Shown here: positions 1 to 10,940 of the stretch, piece after piece
How positions within the stretch are numbered: the stretch's first letter is position 1
Layout: each line of letters starts with the position of its first letter
Assembly: GCA_044222475.1 (NCBI GenBank)
Contig: JBGANF010000018.1
Location: 1-64,000 of the forward strand
DNA: 64,000 nt
Direction: 5' to 3'
Source: Polyangiaceae bacterium
Lineage (GTDB): Bacteria > Myxococcota_A > Polyangia > Polyangiales > Polyangiaceae
Program-made: the position numbers and the translations under genes
Notes under the pieces: generated by a model
The model's database searches: none
Told to the model about the DNA's origin: nothing
Seen by the model: only the letters and a program-made list of their open reading frames with translations

Positions 1-2055
1 CACCCCCTCGGTCTGTATTTCCTCTTCGGCACCGAGATGTGGGAGCGCTTCTCGTACTACGGGATGCGCGCGCTCCTCGTGCTCTACCTCGTCGAGCACC
101 ACGGCTGGCAGCCCGAGGAGTCGTCGGGCGTCTACAAGTGGTACACGAGCCTCGTCTACCTGACGCCTCTGCTCGGTGGGTTCCTCGCCGACCGATGGCT
201 CGGGCTGCGCACGTCGATCATCACCGGCGGCGTCCTCATGGCGATCGGCCACTTCTTGATGGCGTTCGAGCCGCTGCCGATCTTCTACGCCGCGCTCGCG
301 TTCCTCATCGCCGGCAACGGCTTCTTCAAGCCGAACATCTCGACGCTCGTCGGCAAGATGTACAAGAAGGACGACGAACGTCGCGACGGCGCGTTCACGA
401 TCTTCTACATGGGGATCAACATCGGCGCGTTCTTCTCGCCGCTGGTGTGCGGCTGGCTGCGCACGCACAAGGGGTTTCACTGGGGCTTCGGCGCCGCCGG
501 CGTCGGCATGGTGTTCGGTCTCCTGATCTTCCTCTTCGGTCAGAGCCGCGTCGTGCGCGACGTGGAAGCGGCCGGCAACGATCTCCTCACCACCCGCGAG
601 CGGGCCAAGCTCGCGAGCGGCGCCACGGAAAAGCAGCCATACCGGAGCGCCGAAGAGCAGGGCGACAAGCCGGTCGCCGACGAAGACAAGCCGGGGGAGA
701 CCGGCATCCCCGGTGTCCTCGCGAAGGCGTTTCCGTTCTTCCTCATCGCGGTCGCCATCGCGTTGCCGGTCTACTACGGCTACCTGTTTTCGTCCGGCCA
801 GGGCAAGGCGACGAGCCTCATCATGCCGATCGCGTTCGGCGCGGTGTTCGCCGCGATGGCGGTCGTGCTGCTCGGCATCAAGGGCGCGGCGAAAGACAAG
901 AGCATCGTCATCTTCGTGCTCTTCATGTTCGTCGTTCTGTTCTGGATGGCGTTCGAGCAGGCCGGCAACGCGCTCAACCTCTGGGCCGAGTTCCACACCA
1001 AGCTCGCGGTCGGCAAGGTCGACTTCCCGGCCGAGGCGTTTCAGTCCGTCAACGCGATCCTGATCGTCGTGTTCGCTCCGATCTTCTCGATCATGTGGCT
1101 CTGGCTGGCCCGAAAGGGGCGCGAGCCGCGCACGCCGGTGAAGATGTTCATCGCGCTCGTGTTCATGGCGCTCTCGTTCGCGGTCATGATCTTCGGCGCC
1201 ATCGACGAGAACAAATCGCGAACCGAGGTGACGTTCACCGGAGCGCTGCCGAAGCGCATCGTGCTCGGTGGCGATGGCAAGGAGGCGGGCGACGGCAAGG
1301 AGGTCTTCGGCTGCGCCAAGAAGCAGGACGAGTGCACCGCGGAGACCGCCGGGAAGCGCTTCGACGGAGGTCGGCTGACCGCCGTCGCGCAAGCCGACGG
1401 GACCGTCAAGCTCTCGGCGCGGGGCGTGCTTCCGCGCTACGTCGTGAACGACGTCCTGAAGACGGCCGCGCCGAAGGACTTCGTGAAGGCCGTCGAGGAT
1501 CTCGACGACGCGACGAAGGTCGCGAACGCGGGCAACCCGGTGAGGCTCTCTCAGTTCCCGCCAGGATGGAAGTTCACCATCCCGGAGAAGGACGCGAAGG
1601 AAGCCGGGATTGCCTGGGACGAGACCCGTCACGAGCTCCAGTTCACGAAGCGCATCGACTCGCCATCCACCGCGGAGATCATCTCTGCCGGTGCCCCGGC
1701 CGAGTTCCGCGACGGGGTGTGGGACCTGGAGAAGAAGAGCGCCGCCGGTCGCGTCAGCGGCATGTGGCTCTTCTTGAGCTACCTGCTCGCGACGCTCGGC
1801 GAGCTCTGTCTGTCACCGGTCGGGCTCTCGATGGTGACGAAGCTCGCGCCGTCGCGCTTCGCCTCGCTCTTCATGGGCGTGTGGCTCTTGGGAAGCTCCG
1901 TGGCGCAATACGCCGGCGGCAGCATCGGCGAGTCGTGGGGAACGATCACGCCGACGAGCTACTTCACGCTGTTCGTTTGGACGTCGCTGATCGGGGCGGT
2001 GCTCTTGTTCGTCCTCGTGTCCCCCTTGAAGAAGCTCATGCGCGAGGTGCATTGA
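1..2055 (+). CDS. POT/PTR family proton-dependent oligopeptide transporter (5'-partial), with large extracytoplasmic insert
   Basis: Frame open from base 1 (HPLGLYFLFGTEMWERFSYYG, the ExxERFxYY motif); GNGFFKPNIS, FYMGINIG and GELCLSPVGLS motifs; multiple TM segments. Confidence 0.95.
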   Translation, partial: HPLGLYFLFGTEMWERFSYYGMRALLVLYLVEHHGWQPEESSGVYKWYTSLVYLTPLLGGFLADRWLGLRTSIITGGVLMAIGHFLMAFEPLPIFYAALAFLIAGNGFFKPNISTLVGKMYKKDDERRDGAFTIFYMGINIGAFFSPLVCGWLRTHKGFHWGFGAAGVGMVFGLLIFLFGQSRVVRDVEAAGNDLLTTRERAKLASGATEKQPYRSAEEQGDKPVADEDKPGETGIPGVLAKAFPFFLIAVAIALPVYYGYLFSSGQGKATSLIMPIAFGAVFAAMAVVLLGIKGAAKDKSIVIFVLFMFVVLFWMAFEQAGNALNLWAEFHTKLAVGKVDFPAEAFQSVNAILIVVFAPIFSIMWLWLARKGREPRTPVKMFIALVFMALSFAVMIFGAIDENKSRTEVTFTGALPKRIVLGGDGKEAGDGKEVFGCAKKQDECTAETAGKRFDGGRLTAVAQADGTVKLSARGVLPRYVVNDVLKTAAPKDFVKAVEDLDDATKVANAGNPVRLSQFPPGWKFTIPEKDAKEAGIAWDETRHELQFTKRIDSPSTAEIISAGAPAEFRDGVWDLEKKSAAGRVSGMWLFLSYLLATLGELCLSPVGLSMVTKLAPSRFASLFMGVWLLGSSVAQYAGGSIGESWGTITPTSYFTLFVWTSLIGAVLLFVLVSPLKKLMREVH

Positions 2056-2145
2056 CGTAGTCGGATGTGGGCGCGGCACCGCCTTGCGCCGCACGACGAG
2101 GACGTGGAACGATTTCTCTTTGGCATTGCGCCAAGGAGGCTTCGC

Positions 2146-2880
2146 ATGACTCGCTTTTCACTCGCCTTTGCAGCCGTGAGCTCGTTCGCACTCGTCGTCG
2201 CGTGCGGAGGCACCGAAGCGACCACCATCACCGTTCCGGACTCGGGCGGCAACGACTCGGCGACCGGGAACGACTCGGCGACCGGGAACGACGCAGCGAC
2301 CGGCAACGACTCCGGCATCACGTTCCCCGACGCCGGGATTGGCGACCCGAAGATCGTGGACATCACCTTCGCCGACAAGTGCCCGACCGCGGTGCCCTGC
2401 GGCGGAGCGGTCGTGGGCACGTGGGACTACGAAGGCGCCTGCGCCGAGGGTGTCTGGGACGAAGCGAAGAAGTTCTGTCCCACCCTCGGGATCAAGAAGC
2501 AGTCGGGGACGGTCCAAGGACGCATCGTCTTCACCGCCAACACGGTCTCGCGCGCGGTGAGCATCACGTTTGCCGCCACGCTCAACCTTCCGCAGGCGTG
2601 CCTCCAAGGCGTGCTCACCTGCCAGCAAGTCCAGACGAGCCTGCAGAAGAACTTCGCGACCGCGTCCTGCGTCGCCGCGAACGGCGGCTGCGACTGCGAC
2701 GTGACCTCGAACGTGTCGGGGACGTCGAACGGCACCCCGTACTCGCTCGCCGGCAACCAGATTGTCGTCAACGACGGAAACAAGTTCGACTACTGCGTGA
2801 AGGGCACCTCGATGGACTACCGCTGGGCGAGCGGACCCAACCCCGAGCGCGCGTCGTTCGTGTTGAAGAAGATCAACTAG
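2146..2880 (+). CDS. Cys-rich lipoprotein, paralogue of 3180..3875
   Basis: AGGAGG RBS at 2134-2139; signal peptide with lipobox LVVAC; GNDSAT repeats; CGGAVVGTWDY. Confidence 0.8.
   Translation: MTRFSLAFAAVSSFALVVACGGTEATTITVPDSGGNDSATGNDSATGNDAATGNDSGITFPDAGIGDPKIVDITFADKCPTAVPCGGAVVGTWDYEGACAEGVWDEAKKFCPTLGIKKQSGTVQGRIVFTANTVSRAVSITFAATLNLPQACLQGVLTCQQVQTSLQKNFATASCVAANGGCDCDVTSNVSGTSNGTPYSLAGNQIVVNDGNKFDYCVKGTSMDYRWASGPNPERASFVLKKIN
2248..2316 (+). repeat. 18-bp coding tandem repeat (G-N-D-S/A-A-T), about 3.5 copies
   Basis: aacgactcggcgaccggg repeated, with variants. Confidence 0.85.
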
Positions 2881-2942
2881 CGTCGACCGGCAGACCTTTC
2901 CACCGGCGTTGAATGGACATGCTCGTCGGCGAACGTCCACGT

Positions 2943-2974
2943 CGTTGACGTTGACGTCGCCGTCAACGTCAACG
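2943..2974. repeat. Perfect 14-bp inverted repeat within a hexamer-like (gtcaac/gtcgac) intergenic tract
   Basis: cgttgacgttgacg-tcgc-cgtcaacgtcaacg. Confidence 0.8.
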
Positions 2975-3138
2975 CTCACGACAACGTCGACGATCGGAGC
3001 CGCATTTCGGCGGGACTTCGGCCGAACGGAACCAGCGCGCGCGTCAGCGGCGACGCGGGGTGCCGCCCGTTCCTGGGCCGATCGCGTCGTTCGGGACGCG
3101 GTAGGTCGGGAAATGACGGTGTTTCTGGGGGGGCGTGG

Positions 3139-3155
3139 TTGGCAAGGCGCTTGCG
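3139..3155 (+). promoter_or_regulatory. sigma54 -24/-12 promoter
   Basis: TTGGCAAGGCGCTTGCG with correct GG-N10-GC spacing, ~25 nt upstream of ATG 3180; a sigma54 activator gene follows the lipoprotein gene. Confidence 0.7.
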
Positions 3156-3179
3156 ATGGAGAGGGTCATGGAGGCTCCC

Positions 3180-3875
3180 ATGAACTTTCGATCCCACGCG
3201 CTTCTCTTCTCGTCCGCGCTCGTCATCGTGACCACGCTCGCCTGTAGCGGCGAGGGCGGCGGACTCCCGCAGAGCGACGCCGGAAACGGCAACGACTCGG
3301 CGGCTCAGGGGGACTCGGCCATCGGCAACGACTCGAGCGTCGTTCCGCCGGACGCCAAGCCGGTGGACGTCACGTTCTCCGCGTCGTGTCCGAAGGTGAA
3401 CCCGTGCGGCGGTGCCGTCGTCGGGACGTGGGACTACACCGGCGTGTGCATCGACGACCCGCTCGCTGGCTTCAAGCAGCAGTGCCCGTCGGCCACCGTG
3501 CAATCCCAAAAGGGGACCGTCAAAGGTCGGGTCGTGTTCGACGCGCTGAAGGTCACCCGCACGTCGAGCGTGAGCTACTCGGCGTCCATCACCGTTCCGG
3601 TCGAGTGCTCCGGCGGCCAGTGCGCTCTCGTCCAGCAAGCGCTCTCCAAGTCGTTCGACAGCGCCACGTGCAAGGCTTCCGGCGGCGGTTGCGCGTGCGA
3701 CGTGGCGCTCACCACGAACGCGAACGAGGCCAACGGCTACACCGTGCAGGGCAACCAGGTGAAGATCAGCGACGGCTCGACGTACGACTTCTGCGTCGCG
3801 GGCGCGAAGCTTTCTTACGTCCCGTCCGGTTCCAACAAGGAACAACCAGGCGCGTACGAGATGACCAAGAAGTAA
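3180..3875 (+). CDS. Cys-rich lipoprotein, paralogue of 2146..2880
   Basis: GGAGG RBS; lipobox TTLAC; shares PCGGAVVGTWDY, GTVxGRxVF and GGCxCDV with the upstream gene. Confidence 0.8.
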   Translation: MNFRSHALLFSSALVIVTTLACSGEGGGLPQSDAGNGNDSAAQGDSAIGNDSSVVPPDAKPVDVTFSASCPKVNPCGGAVVGTWDYTGVCIDDPLAGFKQQCPSATVQSQKGTVKGRVVFDALKVTRTSSVSYSASITVPVECSGGQCALVQQALSKSFDSATCKASGGGCACDVALTTNANEANGYTVQGNQVKISDGSTYDFCVAGAKLSYVPSGSNKEQPGAYEMTKK

Positions 3876-3888
3876 GTATGATGGCGGC

Positions 3889-5225
<1,337 letters not shown>

Positions 5226-5229
<4 letters not shown>

Positions 5230-5831
5230 CGTTCGACTGGGCGCGGCTGGCCCGGGTGACGGCGAGCGACCCGCTGCGTGTCTTGTTCAGCGCGTGTCTG
5301 TTGGGCCAACCCACGGGGTGGGAAGGGGGGCCGTACACCGACGACCTCGCCGTGCGGCTGTCCACGCTGCCGACGGTGAGACCGATCGCGTTCTGCCCCG
5401 AGAACGCGACGCTCGGGACGCCCCGACCGCTCACGACGATCCACGGGGGCAACGGTCGCGACGTCCTCGCCGGGCGGGCTCGCGTCCTCGAGACGACCGG
5501 ACGCGACGTCACGAAGGAGCTGGTCGCCGGCGGCGAGGCGATGCTCGCGGCCGCGAGGCGGGGCGACGCGGAGCTCGCGGTGCTGCTCGAGATCAGCGAC
5601 TCGTGTGGCAGCCACGCGCTGTACCTGGGCCCGCCGGAGGAGAAGCGGTACCAAAAAGGTACGGGCGTCGCCGCTGCGATCCTCGCGAACGCCGGCATTC
5701 CGATCGTCGGCCAGCGCGACGCGGCGACGCTCGGCCGCATCCTCGGCGCGCTCGACCCGACGTTTCGGCCCGATCCCTCGGCCATCGACTTCGTCGAAGG
5801 GGAGTGGTTTCGGGACTACTTCAGAGGCTAG
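5226..5831 (+). CDS. DUF523 / 2-thiouracil desulfidase (TudS)-like Fe-S protein
   Basis: SACLLG, FCPE, LGTPR and SDSCG motifs; ATGA overlap with upstream stop. Confidence 0.8.
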
Positions 5832-8170
5832 CGCACGATCGACAGCCGCGACGCGACGCCGAAGCAGGCCATGTGACCGCTCTCCTCGGCGACGAACACG
5901 TCGCACCGCTCGTCGACACGGAGGAGGTCGGGGATGGCTTCGCACGGCTCGACCGTCGCGAGACGGCCGCCGTCCTGGGGACGGAACACGTGGACCTCGG
6001 TGTGGGGCACGAAGAGCACGCCGCCGCGAAGCACCGGCTCCAGGCGCCGCGGGACGTCGGTCTCGAGGGTGCGGCCGAGGACGTGGCGGTAGCGCAGCGC
6101 GCCGGTGTGCGCGTCGACCGCGACGAGCTCGCCGGTCGGGGTGTTGCCGACGATCACGTCGTCGATCGCGAGCCACGACGTGCCCGATGCAGCGACCGTC
6201 GACGCGCTCGTCCACGCGAGGGTGCCGGTCGCGCGATCGAACCCGGCGAGGCGGACGCCGGCGCGGTCGCGGATCGCGAGGGCCACGACGTCGCCGCACA
6301 CGATCGGCGCGCCTTCGATGCTCACGGCGACGCCTTCGCGGACGTGGAGCTCGCCGGTGGAGTCCGGCCCGGGCACCGGAGCGGAGTATCGCACCGCCCC
6401 GGAGAAGGGGTCGATGCCGTAGAGCCGCGTGACCCCCGACGCACCGCCCGCGACGGCGAAGAGCCCGTCGTGATCGAGCGTGGGCGAGCCGAGGAACCGC
6501 AGGCGATCGCAGACGCGCCACACGAGGCGACCTTCTTGCACGTCGATCGCGCTGAGCGTCGCGTCGCCCGAGGCGACGTAGAGGAGCTTGCCGTTGCGCT
6601 TCAACCGCAGCGCGCGCGCCTTGCTCGCGGCGTAGCGCCAGCGCGCCTCGCCGGTGCGGAGATCGATCGCGACGAGGTGACGTTCACCCTCGGCGACGAT
6701 GAGCAACCGCGGCAGCCCGGGGAGGTTCACCACCGCGCCGGCCGGCGGGCCGCCGGTGCGCGGCGTCAGCTTGGTGCGAAGGCGGACTTCGCCGGACTCG
6801 AAATCGTGGAGCGCGAGCTCGCCGTCGCCGTGCAGGCGCGCGATGCCGAGCGGGGTGACCACGCTCGACGCGCGGCGCGTCGGGACGCGCCAGTGGACGT
6901 CGCCGGTCGTGCGATCGAGACAGAAGGTCTCCTGCGACGCGCCGACGACGAGGCGATCGCCGCAGAGGAACGTCGCGCGGAGGTCGATCCCCGGGACGAG
7001 CGCGCGCCAGCGGGCGGTGTACCGAAGCCGCGTGGGGCCGTCGACCTTGGAGGGCTCGTTCGCCGGACGGACCGAGAACATCCGATAGGACTCGGGCTCG
7101 GGGTTCGTCCGAGCATCCACGCGACACGCGCCCTTGATCGACTCGCCCATCGCGCGGAGCTCGCGGCGGAACGAGGTGAGACGGACGTTGTTCGCCTGCG
7201 AGCGGTCACGCCGCAGGATCGCGCGAACCAGAGCGCGCCCGAAGGCGACGGCGGCGAACGAGAGGTCGTCGATCGACAGCTCAGGGAACGAGGACGGGAA
7301 CGAGGGCGACTGTCCGCGTGCGGGGGTGAGGAGGAGCGAGGCGCTGCCCGCTGCGTCCAGGCGGACGCCGACGAGGACGCCCGAAGCCTGGTCGCGCACG
7401 TGCAGGGCGCGGCCGTGGGCGAACGCGTCGACCGCGGTCCGCATGAGCGACACGAGGCGCTCGGCGAAGAGGAACGGGTGGGCCTCGCCCAGATCGATCT
7501 CGCGTCCGCGGATGACCGCCCGCAGGCGACCGCGAAAGAGGAGCCCGTGCAGGTCGGCGTGCTCGCCCTCGCTGCTCGACCCGCCGCTCCCGCGCAGCGC
7601 GAAGTCGGCCGCGAACGAGATCGGCGTGTCGCGTTCGGGATCGAGCGAGACCGGCTCGGGCTCGTCGCCCTCACCCTCGAACCGCGCGGGGGTGCGGAGG
7701 AGGGAGAGCGCGCGCTCGAGGTCCGGCGTCAGGTGCGGCGCGACGCGGTCGGTGAGCACCGTCTCGAGCGCAGCTACGATCGCCTCGTAGACGTCGGTGA
7801 AGGGGACCGGCGCGTCGTAGATCGCGACCTCCGGCGACTTCCCGGTGCGGTAGACGCTGAGCCACGCGCGCTCGCCGATGCGCTCGATGCAGATCTCCCA
7901 CGGCTCGTCGTAGAACCGCGCGATGGTCTTTCCGCGCGGGCGATCGAGCAGAGGCGCGAGACCGAACGCGAGGTCGCGCAGCACCGAAGCGCCCTGACCG
8001 TCAGTGATCCGGGCCGTGACGTTGGCGCCGCCGACGAACACGTCGAGGATCTCGCGCGCGCGCGACCCGCGGGCGCCGCTGACGTGACGGGGACCGCTCG
8101 CCGCGCCCTCCTCGGTGGGGGACGCGGCAGCGTTGGACTCTCGGGCGACGAAGATTTCGAGGGCTCGCAT
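5828..8170 (-). CDS. PQQ-like beta-propeller repeat protein with N-terminal domain of unknown function
   Basis: Repeats such as CLDRTTGDVHW, AIDLRTGEARW, AIDVQEGRLVW, AVDAHTGALRY; no signal peptide; start may be 8203. Confidence 0.75.
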   Translation of the reverse strand: MRALEIFVARESNAAASPTEEGAASGPRHVSGARGSRAREILDVFVGGANVTARITDGQGASVLRDLAFGLAPLLDRPRGKTIARFYDEPWEICIERIGERAWLSVYRTGKSPEVAIYDAPVPFTDVYEAIVAALETVLTDRVAPHLTPDLERALSLLRTPARFEGEGDEPEPVSLDPERDTPISFAADFALRGSGGSSSEGEHADLHGLLFRGRLRAVIRGREIDLGEAHPFLFAERLVSLMRTAVDAFAHGRALHVRDQASGVLVGVRLDAAGSASLLLTPARGQSPSFPSSFPELSIDDLSFAAVAFGRALVRAILRRDRSQANNVRLTSFRRELRAMGESIKGACRVDARTNPEPESYRMFSVRPANEPSKVDGPTRLRYTARWRALVPGIDLRATFLCGDRLVVGASQETFCLDRTTGDVHWRVPTRRASSVVTPLGIARLHGDGELALHDFESGEVRLRTKLTPRTGGPPAGAVVNLPGLPRLLIVAEGERHLVAIDLRTGEARWRYAASKARALRLKRNGKLLYVASGDATLSAIDVQEGRLVWRVCDRLRFLGSPTLDHDGLFAVAGGASGVTRLYGIDPFSGAVRYSAPVPGPDSTGELHVREGVAVSIEGAPIVCGDVVALAIRDRAGVRLAGFDRATGTLAWTSASTVAASGTSWLAIDDVIVGNTPTGELVAVDAHTGALRYRHVLGRTLETDVPRRLEPVLRGGVLFVPHTEVHVFRPQDGGRLATVEPCEAIPDLLRVDERCDVFVAEESGHMACFGVASRLSIVR

Positions 8171-8229
8171 TCGGTGGGATGGTGCAATCGTAGGAAAGCG
8201 CACCGAAGGAGCGTAGTTTTCGGCACAAC

Positions 8230-9690
8230 GTGGAGGAGATTGGACAAGGGGCCGAGGGGCTGGTAGCGGGCGCGCCGCCGCGGAGCGTGCCCGTGATCCC
8301 GCTCGCCTACGTCGCGGCCGCGCTCCTCGGCTGCGTCGCGCTGTGGGGATTCACCGTCGATGACGCCCTCATTTCCGTGCAATATGCACGTAACGTCGTG
8401 TCCGGGGCGGGCTACCGCTTCGACCCTGGAGGCCCCGTCACCGACGGGGTGACTCCGCTCCCCTGGCCGCTCCTCCTGCTGCCGCTGGCGAAGGGGACGG
8501 CGCTCGACGTCCTGTTCCGGGCGCGCCTCCTCGGGGCGGTTGCGTACGTCGCGGCGGCGTTCGCGCTCGGACTGGCGGTGGCGCGCACGTCCGCGCCCCG
8601 CGCCGCGAAGCTGGCCGGTGCCGTCGTCCTCCTCGTGTGCATCCCAGCCGCGGCCCACGCGGTGAGCGGAATGGAGACCGCGGTCGTGATCCTCCTGTGC
8701 ACGCTAGCGGTGAGCGCCGACGGCGAACGTCGGGCGGCGCTCCTCGCCGGCGCTGCGGCTGCGTTTCGTCCCGAGCTCGTGCCGTGGGCGCTCACCTTTG
8801 CCGTTCTGCGCGCGACGCCGAGCGCTCGGGCGCGCGCGGCTGCGGGCGCGCTGGCGCTCGCTCCGCCGCTCGCCGTCGTCGTGGCGCGGGTCGTCGCCTT
8901 CGGTCACGCGGCGCCGCTGGCGGTCCACGCGAAGCCCGCGGACCTCGGGCAGGGCATCGCCTACGCGATCGCCGCTGCGCTCTCGTCGGCGACGCCGTGG
9001 ATCGGCGTGTCGATCGCGGGGCTGCGCCTCGGCGGGCGATCGCGCGCGATCGTCGTCGCGTTCGTCGTTCACCTGCTCGCGGTCGCGGCCGCCGGCGGCG
9101 ACTGGATGCCGCTCGCGCGGCTCGTTGCGCCGGTGGCCCCCGGGCTCGTCCTCGCGTTCGTCCTCGCGAGCGAGCGGCTTCCCCGATGGAGCTTGATCGT
9201 CCGCGGGCTCCTCGTCGTCGGCTTCGGGTGGGTGCCGGTCCTCGTCGGCGTGGGGTCGGCGCGCGGCGTCTACGCGGATCGGCGCGACCTCATCGATCGC
9301 GCTCGTCCAGAGCTTGCGGAGTGCAAGTACATCGCCGGAGCCGACGTCGGGTGGGTCTCGGCCGCGTCCCCGCCCGGAGGGCGCATCCTCGACCTCGGCG
9401 GTCTCACCGACGCCGAGATCGCCTTTCTCCCCGGCAGTCACACGTCGAAGCGCGTGGACGTGTCGATGCTGCTCGATCGGAAGGTCGACTGCGTCCTCTT
9501 GTATTCGGAGGGTCCGGCGGACCTCGAGCACTGGCGTGACGCACCGTTCGCCCACGCGGTCGACGCGCGGCTCGCCCGGTCGGATCTCCTCGCCGAACGC
9601 TATGCGCCGGCCGCCTTCCTACCCCTGGGTCGCGCTCGCCCGCCGGCGCGCGGATACCTGGTGCTTCGGGGCAAGTTGTCGCAACCCTGA
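8230..9690 (+). CDS. Polytopic membrane protein, GT-C glycosyltransferase-like
   Basis: TVDDALISVQYARN, SGMET, RPE, GGDWM and DLGGLTD motifs; many TM helices; start uncertain. Confidence 0.65.
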   Translation: MEEIGQGAEGLVAGAPPRSVPVIPLAYVAAALLGCVALWGFTVDDALISVQYARNVVSGAGYRFDPGGPVTDGVTPLPWPLLLLPLAKGTALDVLFRARLLGAVAYVAAAFALGLAVARTSAPRAAKLAGAVVLLVCIPAAAHAVSGMETAVVILLCTLAVSADGERRAALLAGAAAAFRPELVPWALTFAVLRATPSARARAAAGALALAPPLAVVVARVVAFGHAAPLAVHAKPADLGQGIAYAIAAALSSATPWIGVSIAGLRLGGRSRAIVVAFVVHLLAVAAAGGDWMPLARLVAPVAPGLVLAFVLASERLPRWSLIVRGLLVVGFGWVPVLVGVGSARGVYADRRDLIDRARPELAECKYIAGADVGWVSAASPPGGRILDLGGLTDAEIAFLPGSHTSKRVDVSMLLDRKVDCVLLYSEGPADLEHWRDAPFAHAVDARLARSDLLAERYAPAAFLPLGRARPPARGYLVLRGKLSQP

Positions 9691-9747
9691 CCCTCGAGAG
9701 GGGCGAATCACGGCAGATCCGCCATGGAATCATGCCGAATCTTCGTG

Positions 9748-9763
9748 TGGCACGCGCGATGCT
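9748..9763 (+). promoter_or_regulatory. sigma54 -24/-12 promoter
   Basis: TGGCACGCGCGATGCT with GG-N10-GC spacing, upstream of GTG 9780. Confidence 0.65.
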
Positions 9764-9779
9764 TTGGTGGTCGGCGTCC

Positions 9780-10937
9780 GTGCTCACTCGCCGTCCTCAC
9801 CTCGCGTTCTGCCTCGCCCTCGTCGTCGCTGGATGTCACCCCGCCCGCGGCGACTCGCCGGATCGTCCGCCTGCGGGCCAGGCATGGCTTACCGACACGC
9901 AGATCCGGGACGGCAAGATCGAGATCGCGGAGGTCGCGGAGCACGACGTCGACGACACGATCGTGACCGCCGGCCGCGTCACATTCGACGACGCGCGGGT
10001 GGCCCACGTGTACTCGCCGGTGAACGGCCGCGTCGTCCGCATCGACGCGGCGCTCGGGCAGCACGTGCAGAAGGGCGCGATCCTCGCGGTGATCGAGTCG
10101 CCCGACATCGGGCTCGCGTCGTCCGACGTGGGCAAGGCCGAGGCCGAGCTCCTGGCCGCGCAGCACGAGTACGAGCGCGAGAAGGACCTTCTCGCCCAGC
10201 ACGCGGCGTCGCAGCGAGACTTCGAGGCGGCCGAAGACGCGTGGCGCAAGGCGAAGGCCGAGCTGGAGCGAGCGCGGCAGAAAGCGGCACTCTTTCGCAC
10301 TGGCGGCGTGAGCGCCGTCACGCAGGGCTTCGCGCTGAGCGCGCCGATCGAAGGTGACGTCATCGCGCGCGCCGTGTCCCCCGGCGTCGAGGTCTCGGGT
10401 CTGTACGGCGGCGGCTCACCGGTCGAGCTCTTCACGGTCGGTGAGCTCGACAAGGTCTGGGTCATGGCCGACGTGCACGAGATGGAGCTCGCGCGCGTGA
10501 AGGCGGGGGCGCCCGTCAAGGTGTCGGTCGTGTCCTACAAGGACCGCGTCTTCACCGGGAAGATCGACTGGGTCTCGGGAGCGCTCGACCCCCAGACGCG
10601 CACGGTGAAGATCCGCGCCACGTTCGACAACGCCGATCGCGCGCTGCTCCCCGAGATGTACGCGACCGTCCGGATCGCGGTCGAGGAGCGCAAGGCGCTC
10701 GCGCTTCCGCGCCCCGCGATCATGCGCGTCGGAGACCAGACGGTGGCGTTCGTGGTGACCGGCAAGAGCCCCGACGGGAGGACGGTGTTCGCGCGCCGCC
10801 CGGTGACGATCGACGAAGGGGAGGGGAGCGAGTGGGTCGCGGTCACCCACGGACTCTCGCTGGGCGAGCGCGTTGCGACGAGCGGAGTCGTCCTCTTGTC
10901 GCAATCGATCACGCGCGCCAGCGCTGCGGAGCCCTGA
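9780..10937 (+). CDS. RND efflux periplasmic adaptor (CzcB/CusB-like) lipoprotein
   Basis: Lipobox VVAGC; SPVNGRV lipoyl half; coiled hairpin; LSAPIEG; LDPQTRTVKIRA; LLPEMYA. Confidence 0.92.
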   Translation: MLTRRPHLAFCLALVVAGCHPARGDSPDRPPAGQAWLTDTQIRDGKIEIAEVAEHDVDDTIVTAGRVTFDDARVAHVYSPVNGRVVRIDAALGQHVQKGAILAVIESPDIGLASSDVGKAEAELLAAQHEYEREKDLLAQHAASQRDFEAAEDAWRKAKAELERARQKAALFRTGGVSAVTQGFALSAPIEGDVIARAVSPGVEVSGLYGGGSPVELFTVGELDKVWVMADVHEMELARVKAGAPVKVSVVSYKDRVFTGKIDWVSGALDPQTRTVKIRATFDNADRALLPEMYATVRIAVEERKALALPRPAIMRVGDQTVAFVVTGKSPDGRTVFARRPVTIDEGEGSEWVAVTHGLSLGERVATSGVVLLSQSITRASAAEP

Positions 10938-10940
10938 GTC

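Noticed and set aside
39..2060. 673-aa alternate-frame ORF, and the many similar long Arg/Ala-rich ORFs (e.g. 5294-8266, 11310-14402, 15118-18216, 24608-26932, 41766-44063)
   Set aside because: Shadow ORFs expected in high-GC DNA; they overlap well-supported genes and carry no recognisable motifs
2074..2087. CGGCACCGCCTTGC, a sigma54-like site upstream of the first lipoprotein
   Set aside because: GG-to-GC spacing is 9 nt rather than the required 10
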